Positions 23,540-33,790 of a stretch of DNA of 36,385 bases are shown here, piece by piece. This stretch comes from Selaginella moellendorffii (taxonomy: Eukaryota > Plantae > Lycopodiophyta). The notes below the pieces were generated by a model. The model was not told the DNA's origin, did no database searches, and saw only the letters and a list, made by a program, of their open reading frames with translations. The translations under genes and the position numbers were made by a program. The number at the start of each line of letters is the position of its first letter. Position 1 is the stretch's first letter. Where the stretch lies: the NCBI RefSeq assembly GCF_000143415.4, contig NW_003314420.1:214560-250944 (forward strand), given 5' to 3'.

Positions 23540-24400
23540 CAAAACAAAAGGATGTCAATACACCATCTTAAGCACTAACACACATTGTGGAACCTCTTGT
23601 AAACCATGCTACATGTTGTACTCATATACCAAATTATCTTCATTATTATTCTTGGAAGTAGAAACAAGTAGTTTTACACCATTAAACGCTCCCATGAATT
23701 CAATATCCAAGCAGACAAATGCTAAATATGTAAAATCTTCAGCGATATTGAAAGACGATAGACATTCATACTATAAAAAAAAGTAAGTTTTAAAAATTGT
23801 TTGAATTAAAAAAATCACTTACATAATATTTTTCATATCATCTTAGATAACCCTGGAAAATTGCTTTTATGGGGTCCTTGATAAAACAAAATGCTATTCC
23901 ACGTAAATATTTTAGCAAATTTCTTAGCCATGATATCAAAGATGAAAATCCTCTAATTCCTAGTGGTGTTCAAGGGATTGTTTCACTATTACTCCAAAAA
24001 TTTTTTGCACTAATAAAAATATCTCCTGTCTATATATTCATAATATAGAGTTTTGAATTATTGAGTGAACTGCCAAATGGGATCATATGTCTTCCTAAGC
24101 CAATAGGCATTTTACGTAACTTTAATGTTAATGAACAAATTTCTCCAATATGCAAAAACTTTGAGCAGATAAATGTATTATTCATCCAATAACATCCAAT
24201 CAGTCCTCTATACTCCTGTATTTCAAGACCCTCAGTCATATCATGGCTTCCTTGTCCATTCATTGACAATAGAAGACACCTTAGTAAAGGCACTCCCAAT
24301 ACCAATTTGACATCATCTAACACATGATTTGGCGTCCTCCCTAATATTGATGAGAAAAACTCAAGTACTTTCAGATGTATAAATGATTTAAATTGAATGA
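23540..24400 (-). mobile_element. Possible highly degraded non-LTR retrotransposon 3' remnant
   Basis: Weak only: minus-strand LPRIIMKIIWY resembles the LINE ORF2 C-terminal LPxxIxWxIW motif. No RT motifs were seen. Confidence 0.2.
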
Positions 24401-24524
24401 CAATATTTCTTTTCTACTTTACAATGTTAAAGTTTTATCTTTTAAATACCATATACCAGCTTTTATAAGTTTCCTATAGATAAGAAAATAAGGAAATACA
24501 ATTAGAATTGAGAAAATAAGAGGA

Positions 24525-24724
<200 letters not shown>

Positions 24725-25067
24725 TTTGTATGTTTGACATATTGCACTTTCAAGGGCTTGTTAGTTCTCTTTTGCTTTGTCTTGCACTAGCTTGATAAGA
24801 ACCCTCGTGTATTGAGACTAGTCCCTCAATATTGCTGGATGATAGCTTACCGTGTCTGCCAAACACCCTTGCTATCATGCCCTTTATGTTAGTCTCATTT
24901 CGGTCCCAAATGCTATTTATGGAAAGTGTTTAGGTTTGCTTATTTGGCATATCTACGGAATGTAGAAATTGGCCTGAACACAATGGTGTTTGTCCCGTGT
25001 CGAAATTCACATTCTAGCACTATTCTATATTTAGTAAGTTTCAAGGTTGTCCCAGAGACTAACTCCT

Positions 25068-25190
25068 AATACTAATGGAGGCTTGGGGTGAAAGCCCAAA
25101 GCGTGTGTTCCTCAAAAAGGGGGTGGGGGGGGGGGGGGGAAGGGGCTTTGGGGGGTTCTAATGTATAGTAGGGATAGTGGATAGGTCGGG
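25068..25190 (+). repeat. Diverged copy of a segment internal to the adjacent solo LTR (25921-26030)
   Basis: ATACTAAT..GGTGAAAGCCCAAAGC(G/A)TGTGT..poly-G..GGGGGTTC..GTATA(G/A)TA(G/A)GGATAG is present in both. Confidence 0.75.
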
Positions 25191-25568
25191 CATGGCTGAC
25201 TAATCTGAGGCATAGTTTAGCTCCCACGGGCCTGTCCTTGTTCTGCATTTGACTTGGGTCTAAGCTCACGTTCTATTCCATGCTAGCTGGGGGAGTATCT
25301 ATTTCCTCACGTTAGGCCATCAGTATGCCGAAATAGCATCAAACTCGTTTGGCTCCGTTTTGCATGCTAGTCCTGGCATTGGGATGCTGGTTGCTCTAGG
25401 ATTGTTCCAAGTTGCTCCGGGCTCCTATCCCTTTGCTCCTTGGGCTGTATGCTTGGGAATTGCTTTGTGGTCTAGTTCCATCACTCCTTGGCTCCATGCT
25501 TGGGGGTTTGGCACTGTTCCTTCGTTCAGTGGCCCAAGGCCCTGAACCTCAAGTTCCACACCACTATT

Positions 25569-26711
25569 TGTAAGGAACCGACTCCCCGAGATGTCGTAGG
25601 CTAAAGGATCCCCGAAGGCTTGACCGAAATGACAAAGAGTTCATCGGATGGGACCGAGTCGAAGATCAAGTCCAAGACCGACTCTGAGACCGAGTTTGAG
25701 ATAGAGTCCGGGATCGAGCCGAGGCCGAATCGGAGACCGAGATCGAGACCGAGTTCGAGACCGAGTCCGAGATCCAAATCGGGTCCGAGACCGAGTCCGA
25801 GGTCGAGTCCGAAGTCGGGTCCGAGATCGGGTCCGAGATTGAGTCCGAGATCGAGTCCGAGACCGAATCCGAAGTCGGGTCCAAGATCGAGTCCGAGATC
25901 AATTCTGAGACTAAGTCCACATACTAATACAGCTCAAGAGGTGAAAGCCCAAAGCATGTGTCTCCTAGGGGGGGGGGGGGGGGGGGGAACTTCAGGGGGT
26001 TCCAAAAGTATAATAAGGATAGGGAGGTCCCGGAACCAGTCTTGAAAGAACTCTCTAGGGGGGCTTCCAAACTGACTTGAGGTTGAAAACTGGGGCCCAA
26101 GGGCCTTTGGGTGGGAATGAACATGGGCCCTTAAAAAAGGCTGGAGGGGGCCCCAAAGGGAAAAGGCTCCAAAAATAACTCCCCCCTCCCGAAAGTGAAA
26201 CCAACTGCGGTGCTCCCGGCTCATGTGGAGTGGTGCCCCACTTGAGTACCTTGTGGCTTATTGGTCCTCGCCCTTCCTAGGGGCTTGGGCCTTCCCTTCG
26301 GGAAGGAAGTGGGGGGGTAGAGGTACCCATACCGGGCCCCGACATCCCGAAGCAAGTGCTGCACCCAAGGCTTGGGATTTAGAGGGTCCTATGATCAAGT
26401 CTTGTGGTACCAAGGGGTGTTAGGAATCTGGAGGCTTGGTGTGCTTGGCTGCTTGTGCTTGCGGGGAGTGTAGCCGAACCTTAAGTCCAATCTAACCCGG
26501 GGAGGGGGATTGGGAGAGATTTGGGAATCCGTAGATGGGTGGCTAACACTCCGTTGCTCGTGCAGTGAGTAGCTAAAACCAAGTAGGACCAAGTAGTTGC
26601 TGATACCATAGGCGAGAACCTTGGCGAGGGAACTTAGCACAAGCCAAGGCAAAGTTGGTCGGATAGACGAGGTAAGCTGGCAAATTGGAAAGGAAAAATT
26701 TGTGGCTTACA
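25569..26711. mobile_element. Solo LTR (1143 bp) of an LTR retrotransposon
   Basis: Starts TGTAAG (25569) and ends CTTACA (26711), a 6-bp terminal inverted repeat with TG..CA. It is flanked by CTATT (25564-25568) and CTGTT (26712-26716), a 5-bp TSD with one transition. GC-rich, with no gag/pol. Confidence 0.8.
25653..25918 (+). repeat. 12-bp (2x6-bp) tandem array within the LTR, consensus ~CCGAGATCGAGT, ~22 units
   Basis: e.g. TCCGAGATCGGGTCCGAGATTGAGTCCGAGATCGAGTCCGAGACCGAAT. Confidence 0.9.
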
Positions 26712-26755
26712 CTGTTCTATAGACACATGGCATGTGACATATGGCATATGACTCG

Positions 26756-26940
26756 TGGCACATGGAGGGTTTAGGTACTGCTTCGTGGTGTTATCCTATG
26801 GTAAATCACCATAGGATAAAGAATAAAAACCATGTGCACTACAATGTGGCACTTGGCATATGAAAGATTTAAGTTCTACTTCATGGTTATCCTATGATAA
26901 ATCACTATTACATGTATGGTGAAAACCATGTACACTAGAA
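26756..26940 (+). repeat. Two diverged ~95-100-bp tandem units; the first contains a perfect 12-bp hairpin
   Basis: GGCA(C/T)ATG..TTATCCTATG(G/A)TAAATCAC..AAAACCATGT(G/A)CACTA occurs twice. The hairpin TTATCCTATGGT-AAATC-ACCATAGGATAA lies at 26791-26819. Confidence 0.75.
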
Positions 26941-27399
26941 ACCCTTGAGAGGTTGTTCGTCATTTCTGGCTTGAAGATTGAAACACATACCTATGTTTGT
27001 CCCAAAGCTGTTTTATTTGTAGATGTCCATGTTGACAAAGTGAGGTGAAGTAGTCTGAATGATGCTTATTTAAGTGAATTGACATAGTGGAGTCTCTTAA
27101 ATCACATCTTCTAGGCCTTCCCACTTGATTGATTTTAGAATTGTGTGAATAACGTTCTCTATAGTTCTCAAAACTATCTCCTAAAAGTGTTTATCCACCA
27201 TATGTTCAGGCAACTCCACTTCTCTTTTAGCTTCAGGTACACCTCCAATAGCATCAGTGTCAGACCTAGCCCCCCCATTAGGCATCTAAGGGCCAACACC
27301 CCCCATTAGGCACTACTTATAAGGTAGCAAGTTTATGCCATATCTTATGAATATATGAGGAGTAGCTATGGTGTTGGATTGGAGTCTTCTTGTAGCATT

Positions 27400-27545
27400 G
27401 TGGGTGGTGGTGGCAGTACTAGTGTCAGCAATGGTGGTGATGACAATGGTGATGATGGCACTAGTGGCAATGATGACAGTGGTGGTAATGGTGGCAATGG
27501 CAGTGATGGTGGTGGTGGTGGTGATGGTGGTGATGACGGTAATGT
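27400..27545. repeat. Degenerate GGT/GAT/AAT trinucleotide low-complexity tract
   Basis: GGTGGTAATGGTGGCAATGGCAGTGATGGTGGTGGTGGTGGTGAT... Confidence 0.8.
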
Positions 27546-28075
27546 GGGCTGTGTTTGTCTCAACTCTACCATTAACCAACTTGATAGTAAGACTATTGTA
27601 CAGTTAAATTGGACTTATCAAATACAACAGTAGTTGCATTATTGATGTTATTGGGCTTGGTTAAAAAAAAGAACTTCCACAATACACTTAAGAACAAGAG
27701 GCACCAATGCACATCAGGTAAATTCTTTATTTTTGAAATGATTATATTCGCAAATGTTTATCCCCAGGCCACAGCTGGGGCACACTATGTTTTAAGCCAG
27801 CTGGATCAGCTGGATCAGGAAATTCTTTGATTTACAGTTTCTGTTGCAAGAGGTGCTGGATGCTCAGATTCCTTGCAAATCAGTGGCACCTGCAAGGTGG
27901 GAGTGAGATTGTGGGGAGTGGAAGAGAAGATGAGCAGAGTGGGGCATGCAGGTGGGCTTCTTTAGTAAGAGGGTGATGTGAAGTTTAGCACGTTACTGGG
28001 TGGTACGGGGCACAAAGCCAATGCGTGAATGTCATGCATTCAATGTTTGATAGGGACAGTTTGACTAGCTATGAT

Positions 28076-31000
28076 TTATGAAGTTTCACTTACTGATCTT
28101 GGAAAGCAGATTGATGGCCCATCTGGTGCGTACCTTGGATCATAGGTTCCAGGACCAGGTGTGGGACTGCTGGCCTTATAAGGCCGCTTTGGGTACATGC
28201 TGCAAGATGGAGTGCTTTGCCTACTATTTACAACGTACGCTCCTGGCCCTGGTATTTCATCCACTTGCCTATCTGTGAGCCTCTCTCTTATAGTGAAGCT
28301 TGAAGATCGAGTTTCTCCCTTGGGCGAATATGCACCAGGGCCTGGGAGCAGATCTGGAGCTTTGTTCTTGAGCTGTCCATACATAGTAAAGGACGGCGTT
28401 GATGGTTTTTGTTCAGTCATATATGCTCCGGGTCCGGGTGAGTCACTGTCTGGCGGTGGACTGAACCGAAAGGGCATGGTCAACGCCGGTCCGTCGAGGC
28501 TGGATGGTGAAGAATATGTTCCAGGGCCCGGTGTCTTCTCCACAAGAGTTTCACGGAACTTTTCTCCTAGAGTGAAAGCTGGCGGTGATGGGCTACGAAG
28601 CTCTTCTTTGGGGTGGTACGCTCCCGGCCCAGGAACATCGCCATCAAAATTTGCTGTCTCACGAGGCTTGCGCCTGATGGTGAAGGAGATTCCTCGTTCG
28701 GAAGTGATCGGGTACGTGCCAGGTCCAGGATTGGCCGTTAGTGCAGGTGCCCTGCTTCCCAGCTTACCAGCGAGTGAGAACGCTGACAAGCCCTTCCTTT
28801 CAGCCGGCGAGTAGGCTCCAGGGCCAGGAGTGTCGCTAACTTTGTAATCCTGCACTCTGGTGCCAAATTTATAAGCTGGAGCTTCTGACCAGGGGGTAGC
28901 GATCGCATCCATGTAGTCACCTGGTCCAGGTGTTTCCTGCGCAAACTGGTTATCCCCAGTACGGATGCCAAATGTGATCATGGGCTCCAGTGCTGCCGGA
29001 GCGCCGTAGTGTGCGCCAGGACCAGGTGTGTCGAGCGCGTTTGGTCTCTCTATACGGACTGCCATGCTGTACTTTGGACCGTCGTCATCTTGCTTTGGGC
29101 TGTAGGCTGCAGGGCCTGGCGATCGGTTTGCCTCCTTGCTGGTAAACTTGTTAGCCATAGTGAATCCTGGTGCATCATGGAGCGGCTCAGGGCTGTAATG
29201 TCCTGGCCCTGGACCATCGCTACCCTTTTGTGGACCAGACCACGCTGTCTCAGTTATCAGCACATTCTTGCAAGTCTCATATACAGGGTTGGGATTGTAC
29301 GCCGCAGGACCGGGGCTCTCTTCCATCTTGCATGATGGCAAGCTTCCACCCAATGAGTAGGCTGGCGCCGCTGGCGAGCAGAGACGTGTACCAGAACCAA
29401 TAATGTAGGAACCTGGGCCGGGAGTTGGATCTAAGGGCCGTGGCTCCACTCGTGAAGCCATGGTGTAGTGAGGACCATCTGTGGTGGTTGTTTCCAGATA
29501 AGCACCAGGCCCTGGCGTTTCTTCAGGCTTTGGATCCAGTATTTTCTTTCCAATGGCATATGAAGGACTGTTGCTCCTCCTGTTTGCTTCATAGGCTCCA
29601 GGACCAGGCGACTTGTCAGGTTCCGGGTGCTGTAACTTTGCGCCCAGTGAAAAGGCGACCCCCGTGTGCTCGGGTAGTGGATATGAGCCAGGCCCGGGAG
29701 TCTTATCCAAGAGTGGTGTCCTGGGACGAGCTTGCATGCTGAAGCTTTGAAGGTCCTTGCCGACGTTCCCTTTGTTCACCGTGTATGATCCTGGCCCTGG
29801 GTTATTAACACCCCCAAGGTGGGTGGCAGCTTGCCTCGACGGCATTGTGTAAGCCGGTCCTTCCCGCTTGTGCTCAATGCGGTAAGCTCCGGGCCCCGGG
29901 GTCACAAACAGTTCTGGAGCAGGAACAGCTCGACCACTCAACGAAAAAGCTGGCGCATTCGATTGCAAAATGAGTGCATAGGCTCCGGGTCCGGGTATTG
30001 ATGCGTTATCTGAGTCAGGCAAGTCATATCTGCCCCGGATGCTCGCGGTGGGCCCCTGCCTTGGTCCGGTTGTCTCGTAATCACCAGGACCGGGAGTTTC
30101 CTGGTCATGCGGCGGGCTGAGTTTGTTGCCAATAGTGACACCAGGTTGCTGTCCGATTGCTTGATAGGCAGCCGGATAGGAACCAGGGCCTGGGGTTGGG
30201 TCTGCCGCAACGTAGGTTCCTTTGTTGCTGATGGAGTAGTGAGGTCCAGACGGGGTACATTTGATGTTGTAATGGCCGGGACCAGGTTGTACTGGTATAT
30301 TTGTCTCTTCAACTTTTGCTCCCATCGTAAATGATGGTGACGAAGCCTTTGGCCAAACTGAGTAGGCACCAGGGCCTGGTGTTGAGCCAGTGAGCTTAGG
30401 CTCCTGGCGCTTAGAGCCAATGATAATGCTACATGGTGGTGATGAGAGCCTGGAGTCGGACGTCTGATAGTGACCTGGGCCAGGCATGTTCTCTGGCTTG
30501 AGAGGTGCCTGAATTTTCTTGCCAAAGGAGAACACTGGCGACATGGGCTTGTTGGTCGTAACTGTGTAGCTTCCGGGCCCTGGGTTGCCTTGAGTGGGAT
30601 CTGGAATGCACGACAACTTGCCAAAAATTGTGTAGGCTGGTCCATTGGTGACACTGTCATGGTGATAAGCTCCAGGTCCTGGCAAGCTCTTGCTGTCCAA
30701 CCTGTTGACAATTGATGACCTGTCTCCCATTGTGTAGGATGCAGAGGAGGAAAATGACTTCACTTCATATGCACCGGGTCCAGGGAACTGGTTTCCCCCT
30801 GGCCTGTTGGTGAGGCCACCCAGGGTGTAGGATGGGCCAGTTGGTGTATAATTTGATGACCTTGCAGATGGAGTTGCAGAATGATATGATACGCCCAGTA
30901 ACTTCGTGGACCTCTGTTTGGTGATTATTTTGAAAGCAGGGCCTGTGGCGTCGACTTTATAGTACCCTGGTCCAGGAGTCATTAAAGTGTTTTTCACTGG

Positions 31001-32038
31001 TTGCAGCTTCGGTCCAATGGAACAGGAGAGCTGTGAAGCAGCTGCGGCTTTAGTGCTGGGGTTATAATGTCCGGGGCCGGAGGCCAAAGGAGCGGGGTCC
31101 CTGCGTGCTGACAATCTCAAGTCAGGAGCCCTTCCTTTCTCTGAGGAAGGACACTGGTCTTGTGAAGGGATTGAGCGTGCAGTGCTGGCTCTAGATACTG
31201 GTGCAGACGCAACTGATGCACCACCCCGAAGTTGTGATGGCTTTTGCCCCAGCTCTACTGTGTAACTGGCGGCTTCCAGGTTATTGTCAAGGTGCCAAAC
31301 TACGGGGAGTTCAAGGGAGCTGTTCTTGCCAGAGTTGTGAGACCAGCCAGCAAATTGAGATTCAGGGCTGGAAGAACTTCTGCTAATGTTGCCATCGTTG
31401 CCGTTCTTTAACTTGTGGCCATGCTTTTGTGGATCCAGCTTTATTGTTGCAACTTGAATATCTCTCTGGGAATGGTGACGAGAACCTGGGTTTTTCGATG
31501 ATCGGTTGGTGCTGCAAGTGCATGAATAGTCCAGTGTTTCTGGATTGGGACTGCTGCTCTTTGTCTGTTTGCTGCTAAAGACGGTCCCTCTTGTGGAAGT
31601 AGTGTCGAGAGGAACACGGTAGGTTCCTGGCCCGGGAGTGATAGACGTCTTTTTATACACCTTCTTCCCCATTGTGAAGGCCATGCTCGTCGATTGTGAC
31701 CTTGGAGAGTATTCTGCTGGACCAGGGGTGGGTTTTGTCGTTGGCTCGAATCTTGATCCAAAAGAGAAGCATGGCGATGCGACCCGTCCGACAACGCCGA
31801 ATGGGGAGAGATCGTAAGAGCCAGGCCCGGGTGTTTGGCTGGGTTTGGCGGGAATCCGTGCATGGATTCTGAATGCCGGTCCGTCCTGGCGCTTGTGGAC
31901 GTGATAGGATCCTGGGCCTGGCGATTTCTCGCTGGACTCCTTAATCTGTAACTTGCTGCCGAATGTGTAGCCCGGCTCAATCTTTCGCCTTGGAGAAACG
32001 CGTGGACTGGAACATGATTGGCCATCGGGCTTCTTCAT
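28076..32038 (-). CDS. Giant SHIPPO/STPG (PGP-repeat, ODF3-like) axonemal protein, 1320 aa
   Basis: Uninterrupted 3963-bp ORF with 33 PGP motifs (mostly PGP(G/A)xY) plus one SGPGHY. Most are followed ~8-12 aa later by a P-x-(F/Y)-(S/T)-(M/L/I/F)-G-like motif. Period is ~28-33 aa. This is the sperm-tail PG-rich (SHIPPO) repeat signature. A probable short upstream intron lies at ~32062-32116. Confidence 0.92.
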   Translation of the reverse strand: MKKPDGQSCSSPRVSPRRKIEPGYTFGSKLQIKESSEKSPGPGSYHVHKRQDGPAFRIHARIPAKPSQTPGPGSYDLSPFGVVGRVASPCFSFGSRFEPTTKPTPGPAEYSPRSQSTSMAFTMGKKVYKKTSITPGPGTYRVPLDTTSTRGTVFSSKQTKSSSPNPETLDYSCTCSTNRSSKNPGSRHHSQRDIQVATIKLDPQKHGHKLKNGNDGNISRSSSSPESQFAGWSHNSGKNSSLELPVVWHLDNNLEAASYTVELGQKPSQLRGGASVASAPVSRASTARSIPSQDQCPSSEKGRAPDLRLSARRDPAPLASGPGHYNPSTKAAAASQLSCSIGPKLQPVKNTLMTPGPGYYKVDATGPAFKIITKQRSTKLLGVSYHSATPSARSSNYTPTGPSYTLGGLTNRPGGNQFPGPGAYEVKSFSSSASYTMGDRSSIVNRLDSKSLPGPGAYHHDSVTNGPAYTIFGKLSCIPDPTQGNPGPGSYTVTTNKPMSPVFSFGKKIQAPLKPENMPGPGHYQTSDSRLSSPPCSIIIGSKRQEPKLTGSTPGPGAYSVWPKASSPSFTMGAKVEETNIPVQPGPGHYNIKCTPSGPHYSISNKGTYVAADPTPGPGSYPAAYQAIGQQPGVTIGNKLSPPHDQETPGPGDYETTGPRQGPTASIRGRYDLPDSDNASIPGPGAYALILQSNAPAFSLSGRAVPAPELFVTPGPGAYRIEHKREGPAYTMPSRQAATHLGGVNNPGPGSYTVNKGNVGKDLQSFSMQARPRTPLLDKTPGPGSYPLPEHTGVAFSLGAKLQHPEPDKSPGPGAYEANRRSNSPSYAIGKKILDPKPEETPGPGAYLETTTTDGPHYTMASRVEPRPLDPTPGPGSYIIGSGTRLCSPAAPAYSLGGSLPSCKMEESPGPAAYNPNPVYETCKNVLITETAWSGPQKGSDGPGPGHYSPEPLHDAPGFTMANKFTSKEANRSPGPAAYSPKQDDDGPKYSMAVRIERPNALDTPGPGAHYGAPAALEPMITFGIRTGDNQFAQETPGPGDYMDAIATPWSEAPAYKFGTRVQDYKVSDTPGPGAYSPAERKGLSAFSLAGKLGSRAPALTANPGPGTYPITSERGISFTIRRKPRETANFDGDVPGPGAYHPKEELRSPSPPAFTLGEKFRETLVEKTPGPGTYSSPSSLDGPALTMPFRFSPPPDSDSPGPGAYMTEQKPSTPSFTMYGQLKNKAPDLLPGPGAYSPKGETRSSSFTIRERLTDRQVDEIPGPGAYVVNSRQSTPSCSMYPKRPYKASSPTPGPGTYDPRYAPDGPSICFPRSVSETS

Positions 32039-32784
32039 TCTAGTATGCTCCTTCTGAAGACCTGCACACCATGTGATGGATTAGAATGTCAGTGCGGTGC
32101 AACGGTCATACACACCGTTTTGAGGATTGCAAGTGCGATGAGGAGTGCTTACTAAATTCCTGGGTTTTGAGAGTGCAAGAGATGCTAGTGATTCCACGTG
32201 GGACGAGGAGTTTAATTAGATTCTATTTTTGTATCTTTCACAAATTTCAGATCAATATTTTCTAGTTTCCGTGTTATCTTCTAAATTCCTTTCATAGATC
32301 TGTGATCATGCAGAGGCAGCTTTCCGGACAAAGGGAATTAGATTCTCGTTCACCATACCTGTTCAATTTTAAGCACAAACAACCACTATAATCTATAGAC
32401 AACACAAAAAAGATCACATTAATCTTAAGACTGGAGATTACCTTCTTACATTAACCAAGAATCTGAGAGAACTATTTAAATTTTAGTCCTTTAATGCATA
32501 TCTTTATTTATCAGCCAAGCGCATATACTGTTATCAGACTTTTGGATATGGCAGTTGCCACGCCGCCAGGGTTCTACGGATCTCAACGTGAGGGTAAGGT
32601 GCGTACCTCCATTGCTCGACTAGCTCACTCTTCAACAACTTACTCCGAGTCATGCAACAACTGATGGGACTAATCACCTCGTGGAGATTTGCAACATTGG
32701 TTTGTTTCTTGTTCTTATTTCTTCCCTTGGCATTGAATTTAGTTAGAAGACCAGAGATAACCAGTTCTCTTCTATCGATAGCTG

Positions 32785-33625
32785 ATGGGGGACCCATCCG
32801 GCCATCAAAGCAGCTACATCTATTTCGATTCGGATAGCTCCACACTGCGAGCAGATTCATTCTCAGATGGAATTCTTAGGTGCAAGGGATGTAACTATAT
32901 TCTCAGCGCAGAGCACGTCACGGCATGCAGGTACTGCATGGGTGACTTGAACACCAAAAACAAGAAGCTCAGGAGTACACTTCATGAATTGGAGGAAGAA
33001 CTGCTAAGGCTGCAGCGAGATCTCAGTTTTCTCAGAACATGGGATGAGGAGCTCACCAATAGCACATCAGGAACTGGTGACATAACTCTGAAGACTAGAG
33101 ATGGCAACTTTTTTAAGGCACATCAGCTTATTTTGGTATATCTTCCCATTTCAGTGGCAGACATCTAAATGATTACCTTGTCAACAGGCAAGCCGGTCTC
33201 CAGTCTTCAAGAGGCTCTTAGACGAAAGGCGTGAGGTAGACAAAGGGGTGCTCACAGTCCACGACATGAATCCAGACATATTTGCTCCGTTTTTGGACTT
33301 CCTCTATACGGCTCAGGTTAGCAACAAAGTGCTGGAAAAGAATGCGTCAGACTTGCTAGCTGCAGCTCATATGTACAGCATTCCCTCGCTGAAGTCCATA
33401 TGCGAAGGCTTCATATGCCAGCAGATGAGTCGAGATAACGCTGTCGCAATGGTAGAGTTGGCCTGCAAGTATGACGCGGTAAGCATTCGAGAGGCAGCCT
33501 ATGATGCGGTGACTATGACTTACAGAGACATTCTTGCCTGTCCAAATTTCAAGAAACTTTTGGAAAGAGAACCCCGAATTGCGGCCGATATGCTTAAGGA
33601 AATACTTCTCCGGACAACAGCTTAA
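32785..33625 (+). CDS. BTB/POZ domain protein, At4g08455-like (N-terminal CxxC..CxxC, coiled coil, BTB); join(32785..33135,33188..33625), 262 aa
   Basis: RCKGC..CRYC, coiled coil ELEEELLRLQRDLSFLR, DITL..FKAHQLIL | 52-bp GT-AG intron | ASRSPVFK..FLDFLYT..LLAAAHMYSIPSLKSICE. The exons splice in frame to TAA at 33625. Confidence 0.92.
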
Positions 33626-33790
33626 AACAGACAGTAGAGCATATTAATGTATATATGTGAATCAAGTAAATACAGAAGCAAACATTATGCGACGTGCATT
33701 TTTCTTTGCATTGAGGTGGTAGTTATATGATGTCTTTTGGCGCCAAAGTTAAAACCCAAACTCTAGGTTGGCACGACGTAGCTGCTAAAG

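Noticed and set aside
25653-25918. CRISPR-like array
   Set aside because: Units are contiguous with no unique spacers, there are no cas genes, and the context is eukaryotic.
25620-26045. Arg/Ser/Pro-rich 141-aa ORF (SR- or protamine-like) and the antisense Asp/Ser ORF
   Set aside because: By-products of the 12-bp tandem array inside the solo LTR; non-ATG start.
27313-27633. Pro-, Gly-, Thr- or Val-rich ORFs (extensin/GRP-like)
   Set aside because: All arise from one trinucleotide tract, with no supporting gene structure.
28197-32025. Overlapping ORFs inside the SHIPPO gene (205 aa with APGPG; 257 aa; 194 aa)
   Set aside because: Shadow frames. Pro/Gly codons (CCN/GGN) read as Gly/Pro on the opposite strand, and GC-rich sequence has few stops.
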